The notes under the pieces were generated by a model. The model was given only the letters and a program-made list of their open reading frames with translations. It made no database searches and was not told the DNA's origin. A DNA stretch of 16,000 bases. Source: Marinobacterium nitratireducens (lineage in GTDB: Bacteria > Pseudomonadota > Gammaproteobacteria > Pseudomonadales > Balneatricaceae). Within the stretch, counting starts at the first letter, position 1. Every line of letters starts with the position of its first letter. The stretch spans positions 109,632 to 125,631 of the forward strand of contig NZ_BMLT01000011.1 in the NCBI RefSeq assembly GCF_014645375.1. The letters are read 5' to 3'. Positions 7,472-13,232 of this stretch are shown in pieces. Position numbers and translations under genes: made by a program.

Positions 7472-7529
7472 TGTGAATAACCGTTGTGAATATCTTATCC
7501 AGAAACTTATTCACAGTTTTGGTGGAAAA
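7472..7529. promoter_or_regulatory. DnaA-box cluster B (four boxes in 44 bp, arranged minus, minus, plus, plus)
   Basis: TGTGAATAA 7472-7480 (minus TTATTCACA, perfect TTATNCACA). TGTGAATAT 7485-7493 (minus, 8/9). TTATCCAGA 7495-7503 (+, 8/9). TTATTCACA 7507-7515 (+, perfect). GGTGGAAAA 7521-7529 (minus TTTTCCACC, 7/9). Confidence 0.55.
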
Positions 7530-7620
7530 GCCAAGGCTTGACGCCGCGACTTCGTGATGATCCGAAATGTCGCTTTTGCCTGCACTCAGGCTCACAGGGC
7601 ATCTTGCCGTCACGGAATCG

Positions 7621-7629
7621 TGCTATTAT
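7621..7629 (+). promoter_or_regulatory. Candidate extended -10 promoter element for metA (TGcTATTAT)
   Basis: TGn+TATTAT lies 43 nt upstream of the metA ATG. There is no good -35, which is tolerated by extended -10 promoters. GAGGA RBS at 7656-7660. Confidence 0.35.
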
Positions 7630-7671
7630 CTGCGGTCTTTTTGCAGTTTTTGTTCGAGGAGCACGATCCAG

Positions 7672-8604
7672 ATGCCCATCAAGATTCCTGACCAGTTGCC
7701 GGCTGCCGACCTGTTGCGAAGCGAGAACATCTTCGTGATGAGCGAGTCCCGCGCGATGCATCAGGACGTGCGGCCGCTGAAAGTCGTGATTCTCAATCTG
7801 ATGCCGAAGAAGATCGAGACCGAAAACCAGCTGGTCCGACTGCTGTCGAACACGCCGCTGCAGGTGGATATCGAACTGCTGCGTATCGATAATCGCGAGA
7901 GTCGCCATACGCCTGCGGATCATCTCAACAGCTTCTACCGCAATTTCGACGAAATTCGCGAGCGCAATTTCGACGGCATGATCATTACCGGTGCGCCGCT
8001 TGGGCTGGTGTCGTTCGAGGACGTCCATTACTGGGATTCGGTGCTGGAAATCATCCGCTGGTCGCGTTTGCACGTCAGCTCGACGCTGTTTCTCTGCTGG
8101 GCCGCCCAGGCGGGGCTCAAGGCACTGTACGATCTGCCAAAACGCACCCGGGAAAGCAAGCTTTCCGGCATCTACGAGCACCTCACCCTGGTGCCGAACG
8201 ATCCGCTGGTGCGGGGTTTCGACGACAGTTTCTTCGCTCCCCATTCGCGCTATGCGGACTTTCCGGTGGAGTTCGTCGAAGCCAATACCGATCTGCGTGT
8301 GCTGGCAGCGTCCGAGGTCGCCGGTGGCTATCTGATGGCCAGCGCGGACCGGCGCCAGGTGTATCTGACCGGTCATCCGGAGTACGACAGCATGACGCTG
8401 GCGCAGGAGTACCATCGCGATGTGCTGGCGGGGCTGGATCCGGCCCTGCCCGAACACTACTTCCCCGGCGACGATCCCGAGCAGACCCCGCGCAACCGCT
8501 GGCGCAGCCACGGCAATCTGCTGTTCTCGAACTGGCTCAACTACTACGTCTATCAGATCACGCCGTACGATCTCAGCGTGATGGAAACGAAGATAGACGA
8601 CTGA
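7672..8604 (+). CDS. metA: Homoserine O-succinyltransferase (MetA/MetAS)
   Basis: 310 aa, near-collinear with my recollection of E. coli MetA: [93 protein letters not shown]. The TGAPLG (Gly) context suggests succinyl rather than acetyl specificity (inference). The track ORF start at 7567 is upstream of the RBS and was rejected. Confidence 0.95.
   Translation: MPIKIPDQLPAADLLRSENIFVMSESRAMHQDVRPLKVVILNLMPKKIETENQLVRLLSNTPLQVDIELLRIDNRESRHTPADHLNSFYRNFDEIRERNFDGMIITGAPLGLVSFEDVHYWDSVLEIIRWSRLHVSSTLFLCWAAQAGLKALYDLPKRTRESKLSGIYEHLTLVPNDPLVRGFDDSFFAPHSRYADFPVEFVEANTDLRVLAASEVAGGYLMASADRRQVYLTGHPEYDSMTLAQEYHRDVLAGLDPALPEHYFPGDDPEQTPRNRWRSHGNLLFSNWLNYYVYQITPYDLSVMETKIDD
8558..8604 (+). repeat. 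Direct repeat copy 1, the authentic last 47 nt of metA including TGA
   Basis: TCACGCCGTACGATCTCAGCGTGATGGAAACGAAGATAGACGACTGA. It recurs at 8807-8853 and 8996-9042 with one mismatch (C8597 versus A). Confidence 0.95.
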
Positions 8605-8794
8605 CGTAGGTTGGGTCTAGGTCCGAAGGACCGTAACCCAACGCCGGCCCACCCGCCTGCCAGCCGCAACCAATCGATCTGCACAGGGGGTCTCGGTCGC
8701 CACCGCAGCCGGATCGACCAGTGTTGGGTTACGACGCGCCCGAAACTCACGCCATTCCGGCACTCCCTGCCCTGCGCGTCTAGACCCAACCTAC
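8605..8794. mobile_element. Palindromic ~190-bp element, copy E1 (complete), with 15-bp perfect terminal inverted repeats; MITE-like, non-coding
   Basis: Left end GTAGGTTGGGTCTAG (8606-8620) is the exact reverse complement of the right end CTAGACCCAACCTAC (8780-8794). An inner 11-bp inverted repeat is CGTAACCCAAC (8632-8642) / GTTGGGTTACG (8723-8733). A local hairpin is GGTCC-GAA-GGACC (8620-8632). No credible ORF. No target-site duplication is evident at the TIR edges. Confidence 0.5.
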
Positions 8795-8802
8795 AAAGCG
8801 AC

Positions 8803-8853
8803 CAGGTCACGCCGTACGATCTCAGCGTGATGGAAACGAAGATAGAAGACTGA
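8803..8853 (+). pseudogene. Displaced metA 3'-terminal fragment (direct repeat copy 2), encodes ...[16 protein letters not shown]
   Basis: 51 nt align with metA 8554-8604 with 2 mismatches (I to V and D to E at protein level). No upstream metA sequence is attached. Confidence 0.85.
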
Positions 8854-8995
8854 CGTAGGTTGGGTCTAGGTCCGAAGGACCGTAACCCAACGCCGGCCCA
8901 CCCGCCTGCCAGCCGCAACCAATCGATCTGCACAGGGGGTCTCGGTCGCCACCGCAGCCGGATCGACCAGTGTTGGGTTACGACGCGCCCGAAAC
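8854..8995. mobile_element. Palindromic element copy E2 (right part deleted)
   Basis: 8854-9002 is identical by eye to 8605-8753. The right TIR is missing, and the copy ends exactly at a TCACGCC heptamer shared with the metA tail. Confidence 0.5.
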
Positions 8996-9042
8996 TCACG
9001 CCGTACGATCTCAGCGTGATGGAAACGAAGATAGAAGACTGA
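8996..9042 (+). pseudogene. Displaced metA 3'-terminal fragment (direct repeat copy 3), encodes ...[14 protein letters not shown]
   Basis: Identical to 8807-8853. Confidence 0.85.
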
Positions 9043-9214
9043 AGTAGTATGGGTGGGTGGCGCCGCCGCGCCGCCTTCCTTTCTGGTTGCACGACGTCTG
9101 CGGCGGCATAACCCATCACCGCCGCAACACTGCCCCGCGTTGCCGGCTGAACCCAATCGATCTGCACTACGATCTGTTGTCGGGTTGCGCGACTTCGTCG
9201 CCAGACCCAACCTA
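9043..9214. repeat. Diverged third copy (E3) of the palindromic element
   Basis: The block order matches E1: AGTAGTATGGGTGGGTGG vs CGTAGGTTGGGTCTAGGT; CATAACCCATCACCGCC vs CGTAACCCAACGCCGGCC; CCAATCGATCTGCAC identical; GTCGGGTTGCGCGAC vs GTTGGGTTACGACGC; CCAGACCCAACCTAG vs TCTAGACCCAACCTAC. Its right end overlaps the stop codon of the convergent gene. Confidence 0.6.
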
Positions 9215-10051
9215 GGGTTGGCTGTCGGTCAACCGTATCCCATCGTCCCCGATCTCGATCAGGCGCTGCTTGAACAGGCTGCCGATCGCCATTTTGAAGG
9301 CCTTCTTGCTGCAGCCGAACAGACGCGAAATGGTATCCGGATCGGTCTTGTCGTGGGCGGCAATGAAACCGCCTTCGACCCTCAGCCGCTCGAGGATCTG
9401 TCCGGCCAGGCCGTCGACCTTGTTATAGCCGGGCTGGTCGAGGCAGAGGTCGAGCTTGCCGTCGGGCCGGACCCGCTTGACGTAGCCTCTGATTTGCTGG
9501 CCGAAATGCACCCGGCGAAACAGGTCCGACTGGTGGATCAGGCCCCAGTGCTGGCCGTCGACGATGGCCTTGAAGCCGAGGTCGGTGCGGTTGGCGATGA
9601 CCAGATCGACCGCCTGGCCGTCGCGGTAGTTGGCGGGGGTGCGGTCGAGGAAGCGGTCGAGCTTGCTGGAGGCGACGATGCGGTCGCTGCGATCGATGAG
9701 GATATGCACCAGGTAACTCTTTCCGGCTTCCATGCGACGGTGCTGTTCGCCGAACGGAGCCAGTAGCTGCTTCGGCAGCCCCCAGTCGAGAAAGGCTCCG
9801 ACCTTGGTAACGTCGGCGCAGCGCAGCAGTGCGAAGTCACCGACCTGGGCCAGTGGTTTCTGGGTAGTGGCGACCAGATAGTCTTCGGAATCCAGCGACA
9901 CGAAGACCTCGAGCCAGTCGCCCGTCTTGCAGTCTGCCGGCACGTAGCGGGCCGGCAGCAGAATTTCGCCCAGTTCCCCGCCGTCGAGATAAACGCCGAA
10001 GTCCTTTTGCTTGATCACCTGCAAGCGGTTGAAGCGACCGAGATCGGCCAT
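9212..10051 (-). CDS. S1-domain RNA-binding protein, CvfB/YitL family
   Basis: 279 aa from MADLGRFNRLQVIKQKDFGVYLDGGELGEILLP (repeated S1-like modules plus a C-terminal winged-helix-like segment ISRLFGCSKKAFKMAIGSLFKQRLI). GGAGGG RBS lies 7 nt upstream of the ATG at 10051. The 354-aa track ORF extension to 10276 runs into luxS and was rejected. Confidence 0.8.
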   Translation of the reverse strand: MADLGRFNRLQVIKQKDFGVYLDGGELGEILLPARYVPADCKTGDWLEVFVSLDSEDYLVATTQKPLAQVGDFALLRCADVTKVGAFLDWGLPKQLLAPFGEQHRRMEAGKSYLVHILIDRSDRIVASSKLDRFLDRTPANYRDGQAVDLVIANRTDLGFKAIVDGQHWGLIHQSDLFRRVHFGQQIRGYVKRVRPDGKLDLCLDQPGYNKVDGLAGQILERLRVEGGFIAAHDKTDPDTISRLFGCSKKAFKMAIGSLFKQRLIEIGDDGIRLTDSQP

Positions 10052-10093
10052 GAAAAGCCCTCCATTCCTGCGCCCGCGCGGCAGGACAAGACG

Positions 10094-10123
10094 AAAATAA
10101 AAACGGAGCCGAAGCGGCTCCGT
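10094..10123 (-). terminator. Rho-independent terminator of luxS
   Basis: On the minus strand: ACGGAGCCG-CTT-CGGCTCCGT (9-bp stem) followed by TTTTTATTTT, 21 nt after the luxS stop. Confidence 0.8.
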
Positions 10124-10143
10124 GATCGGTGCCCAGGCGCTAC

Positions 10144-10656
10144 TCAGGAGTGCTTGGCGAGAAAGTCCGCATCCAGTTTGAGCTGGTCGTTGCTGTTGAT
10201 GCCGACGCCGCGGCTGCGGATGTTCTCGGCGATCTGCTTGGCTTCCTCCAGCGAGTGCATCTGGTAGGTGCCGCACTGGTATTCGTTGAGTTCGGGAATC
10301 TCGTTCTGCGCCTGAACCTGGAGCACGTCGTTCATCGCCGCAAGCCAGGCTTCCGCCACCCGGGTCTCGTCCGGGGTGCCGATCAGGCTCATGTAGAAGC
10401 CGGTGCGGCAGCCCATCGGAGAGATGTCGATGATCTCGACGCCGTTACCGTTGAGGTGGTCGCGCATGAAACCGGCGAACAGGTGCTCGAGTGTGTGGAT
10501 GCCTTTTTCGCTGAGGATTTCCTCGTTGGGGCGGCAGAATCGCAGGTCGAACACGGTGATGGTATCGCCGCCAGGCGTAGTCATGGTCTTGGCGACGCGC
10601 ACCGCGGGCGCGGCCATGCGGGTGTGATCTACGGTGAAGCTATCGAGCAGTGGCAT
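10144..10656 (-). CDS. luxS: S-ribosylhomocysteine lyase (LuxS, AI-2 synthase)
   Basis: 170 aa: [14 protein letters not shown], metal-binding HTLEHL, and [11 protein letters not shown] with the catalytic Cys. AAGAGGA RBS. Confidence 0.95.
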   Translation of the reverse strand: MPLLDSFTVDHTRMAAPAVRVAKTMTTPGGDTITVFDLRFCRPNEEILSEKGIHTLEHLFAGFMRDHLNGNGVEIIDISPMGCRTGFYMSLIGTPDETRVAEAWLAAMNDVLQVQAQNEIPELNEYQCGTYQMHSLEEAKQIAENIRSRGVGINSNDQLKLDADFLAKHS

Positions 10657-10735
10657 CTCGGGTCCTCTTGATTGACGGGCAGGGCTCGGTGGCCGTTGAG
10701 GTCATTATCCCAGCGCGGCGGGGGCTAGCGCAATC

Positions 10736-11392
10736 TCAGCCCGCCCCTGTCAGCAGCAGCCATACCGCAGCCGCGGCGCCAGTGCCGGTAACGGCAAAGG
10801 CCCACAGCGGCAGATGCGCGGATTCGGCCGGGACAGGGCTGCGCTTTTCGCCGGTCAGCATGGCGCTGACAAGGCCCTCGCGTCGCACCAGGTCATGATA
10901 CAGCACCGCCAGCAGATGCAGTCCGATCAGCACCAGCAGCAGATTGGCGTTGAAGTGGTGCCAGTCTGTCAGTCGCTCCACCCAGCTGTCATCGAGCCAT
11001 GCAACCAGCGGGCCGTCGATCATCAGGTCGTCGGTGGTGCCGAGCCCGGTCAGTCCCTGGAACAGCAGCGACAGCAGCAGTGCGACCACCATCCAGCCGC
11101 CGAGCGGGTTGTGGCTGAGATAATGGGCGCGCTGCCGGCCCAGTACTCCGGGAACGCTTCTCAGCGTTTCCCGCGGCGGGCGCAGGAAGGCGCCGAAGCG
11201 GGCATAACGGCTGCCGACGAAGCCCCAGAGTATTCGATACAGGATCAGGCCCAGCACGCAGTAACCGGCGACGGGGTGATAGTCGATGCCGTCACCCTGG
11301 CTGCCGCTCCACCAGAGAAAGCTCATCAGGCCCACCAGGGCCCAGTGGAACAACCGGATGCTCGGGTCCCAGACTTTGATCCTGTAGTCCAT
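10736..11392 (-). CDS. Membrane cytochrome b (Ni/Fe-hydrogenase b-type / cytochrome b561-like family)
   Basis: 218 aa: KVWDPSIRLFHWALVGLMSFLWWSG, HNPLGGWMV, and four or more hydrophobic helices with conserved His residues. Confidence 0.8.
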   Translation of the reverse strand: MDYRIKVWDPSIRLFHWALVGLMSFLWWSGSQGDGIDYHPVAGYCVLGLILYRILWGFVGSRYARFGAFLRPPRETLRSVPGVLGRQRAHYLSHNPLGGWMVVALLLSLLFQGLTGLGTTDDLMIDGPLVAWLDDSWVERLTDWHHFNANLLLVLIGLHLLAVLYHDLVRREGLVSAMLTGEKRSPVPAESAHLPLWAFAVTGTGAAAAVWLLLTGAG

Positions 11393-11406
11393 TGCGGGAG
11401 CCTGCC

Positions 11407-11859
11407 TCAGTCGTCGCAGTCCTTCTTGAACTGCTTATGGCTGTCCTTGCTGTGCTGACCCAGCTGCGCCACGAGTTCCCGCATGCCGTCGAGGTCGCGG
11501 GCCTGCTCGGCTGCGGCCAGCTCGTCGAGCAGCTCCTGCAGACGGTTGATGCCGGCACGGTAGTCCTCCAGCATCTGCGGCCGCTCCGATTCGTCGATGT
11601 CCTGCAGCTTCATCGGCTCCTCGTCGGCGGCCGTGGCGGCGAGTTCGGATATTTTGGCGCGGGCCGGGGCTATGCTGTCCCAGTCGCCGGACTTGGCGGC
11701 GCCGCGCAGGGATTTGAAGCTGGTTTTCATCTCTTCCATGGTTTCGCCAAGCGGTGTGTCTTCGCACTGCTCCGCGGCCTGAGTGAGCGGCGCCGTCAAC
11801 GCCATCGTGGCGATCGTCAGGCCGAACAGTCCCGCTCTGATTCCTTTTGCCTGCTTCAT
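11407..11859 (-). CDS. cybC: Soluble cytochrome b562 family protein with signal peptide
   Basis: 150 aa from MKQAKGIRAGLFGLTIATMALTAPLTQA. The mature part aligns by eye with E. coli b562 (ETMEEMKTSFKSL vs DNMETLNDNLKVI; PMKLQD...MLEDYRAGINRLQELLDEL vs PPKLED...MKDFRHGFDILVGQIDDAL; C-terminal HKQFK vs HKKYR). The track ORF start at 12018 was rejected. Confidence 0.75.
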   Translation of the reverse strand: MKQAKGIRAGLFGLTIATMALTAPLTQAAEQCEDTPLGETMEEMKTSFKSLRGAAKSGDWDSIAPARAKISELAATAADEEPMKLQDIDESERPQMLEDYRAGINRLQELLDELAAAEQARDLDGMRELVAQLGQHSKDSHKQFKKDCDD

Positions 11860-11890
11860 GATGTCCTTGGTCTCCGTGATATTGAATGGG

Positions 11891-12706
11891 TCAAAAGCGT
11901 TGCAGCTGATTGAGAAGTCGCTGCAACGGTACACCGACCTTGCGCCCCAGCTGCCGGGCGTGCTGCTGCAGGCGCCTGGGGTTGGTGACCGGTGGTTTTC
12001 CGTTGAAGGCCAGTGCAATCAGGTTGCCGCCGTTGACCGGGCAAAGCAGGCACTGACCGTCAAACAGCTCTTTGAGCCGCCCCAGTGCTTTTTGGTTCCG
12101 TGGCTGACCTTCGTCCCAGAGATTGAGAACCAGGATGCCGTCGGGGTTCAGCAGGCGCTGGCAGTCGCCGAGAAAATCGCGGTCGAGCTGAACCGCCTGC
12201 ATGCCTTCGTCAAGGAACAGATCACTGAACAGAATATCGGTGCGTTCGGTACTGCTGGCGGCATAGCACTCGGCATCCTCGATCCGCAGGCGCAGGCCGG
12301 GCCCCTCCGAGAGATAGAGCCAGTTGCGGGCGGTCTCGGCGACCAGCGCACGCAGTTCGACGACAGTCAGCTGCAGCGTCGGGTCGTAGGCCTGCAGGCA
12401 GTTGCTGAGATTGCCGCCGCCCAGACCGAACAGGGTGACGTGACGCGGCGCCGGTTTGTAAAGCAGGGCCAGCAGCATGGCCTGGACGTACTCGAACACC
12501 GGCAGCGCCGGGTCTTCGCAATGGATGCAGCTTTGCTCGCCGCCGTAACCGAAGCTGAGATACCGCCGTGGCCCTTCCTCGATGACCCGGACGGGGCCCC
12601 ATTCGTCGTAGGCCCGGTGCAACTCGTGCCCGGGGGGCGTGCGGCCCAGCGCGCGTTTTGACCGATCCTGGTCGGAGGCGGGGAAGTATTCGAGAGGGGA
12701 TGGCAT
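11891..12706 (-). CDS. Spermidine-synthase-like SAM-dependent (aminopropyl/methyl)transferase
   Basis: 271 aa: VTLFGLGGGNLSN (GxGxG SAM motif), LTVVELRA, DILFSDLF, and LNPDGILVLNLW, the typical spermine/spermidine synthase-fold pattern. AAGGAG RBS. Confidence 0.7.
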   Translation of the reverse strand: MPSPLEYFPASDQDRSKRALGRTPPGHELHRAYDEWGPVRVIEEGPRRYLSFGYGGEQSCIHCEDPALPVFEYVQAMLLALLYKPAPRHVTLFGLGGGNLSNCLQAYDPTLQLTVVELRALVAETARNWLYLSEGPGLRLRIEDAECYAASSTERTDILFSDLFLDEGMQAVQLDRDFLGDCQRLLNPDGILVLNLWDEGQPRNQKALGRLKELFDGQCLLCPVNGGNLIALAFNGKPPVTNPRRLQQHARQLGRKVGVPLQRLLNQLQRF

Positions 12707-12892
12707 CCGGGCTCCTTGGCTGCGCTGACAGCCTCGGATTCTACTCCTTGCCCTGGCGGGTTACATCTCGGGACCCGATGCGCATGGCCAAACATTCGTT
12801 TAAAAAAATGCGATCGGGCTGGAACCTTTTGCGCAATGTGCCTGTCTTATTTTTCGCGAGCAAGAAGTTCTCCAGCAGAGTTTCCTTTCCAG

Positions 12893-12917
12893 CGGCCCTC
12901 AGAGGGCCGTTTTTTTT
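12893..12917 (+). terminator. Orphan rho-independent terminator on the plus strand
   Basis: CGGCCCT-CAG-AGGGCCG followed by eight T (12910-12917). No plus-strand CDS ends upstream of it. The two frames that lack stops upstream of it both read straight through the hairpin. Confidence 0.7.
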
Positions 12918-13232
12918 GGAATATCGATGCACTTCGGGGGGATGTACGGCGCCGGAGCAATGGAGGGAAGGCTACCCCCGGCGCTTTTGGCGCCAGGGAC
13001 CCCGGATATCCGCGGGATGCTGCGGAAAGCGCGGTATTCTATCCTCGGTGAACGAAAAGGGAATACCGGAAACGCGCAAAAACAGTTGCCATTTCGTTCA
13101 CCTTGTTTTCCCATTGTCGCTTTTCCCGATTCGGTATCGGGCCCGGTCGCTGGCAGTATGAGCGGGGCCGTCCGATGATAGTCGGCGCCTGGAACGCCGA
13201 AGGCGGGTATTGTCCCGCGACCGAGGTTACTT

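Noticed and set aside
7472-7515. CRP, ArgR, MetR or MetJ operator upstream of metA (TGTGA and TGAAT half-sites)
   Set aside because: The spacing does not fit TGTGA-N6-TCACA, ARG-box or TGAA-N5-TTCA patterns, and no tandem AGACGTCT met boxes were seen. The 9-mers match the DnaA consensus far better.
7141-7671. Chromosomal replication origin (oriC)
   Set aside because: DnaA boxes are abundant, but I see no tandem AT-rich 13-mer DUE and few GATC sites. None of the usual flanking genes is present. It is reported as a DnaA-box cluster of unknown role rather than as oriC.
8558-9042. CRISPR array (47-nt repeats with 202- and 142-nt spacers)
   Set aside because: There are only three repeats, and the repeat is the coding end of metA. 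The two spacers are the same sequence, and their lengths are far outside CRISPR norms. No cas genes are present.
8553-9210. ORFs across the repeat array: 8553-9167 (-, 204 aa, internally repetitive), 8866-9210 (-), 8611-8853 (+, 80 aa) and 8860-9042 (+, 60 aa)
   Set aside because: Their internal repeats merely mirror the DNA repeats. The plus-strand ORFs use TTG starts without an RBS and only gain their ends by reading into the displaced metA tails. Composition is non-protein-like.
8605-9214. Integron cassette array / attC sites (GTTRRRY and RYYYAAC heptamers)
   Set aside because: The heptamers fit the core patterns, but I could not find L-box pairing next to them. There are no cassette ORFs, intI or attI. 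I kept this only as a motif observation within a finding.
9212-10276. 354-aa extended ORF for the S1-domain gene
   Set aside because: The extension crosses the luxS terminator and overlaps luxS. MADLGRF at 10051 has a GGAGGG RBS and matches the usual family N-terminus.
11783-12661. Plus-strand 292-aa ORF, plus 13227-14402 (-, 391 aa) and 7507-8511 (-, 334 aa)
   Set aside because: They are antisense shadows of well-supported genes (spermidine-synthase-like, AraC regulator, metA). They have no motifs and are Arg/Leu/Gln-rich.
12820-12917. Qrr-type quorum-sensing sRNA (sigma54-like promoter near a luxS-containing region)
   Set aside because: The sequence bears no resemblance to the conserved Qrr core as I recall it. 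No luxO is adjacent. The sigma54 match is limited to GG-N10-GC spacing.
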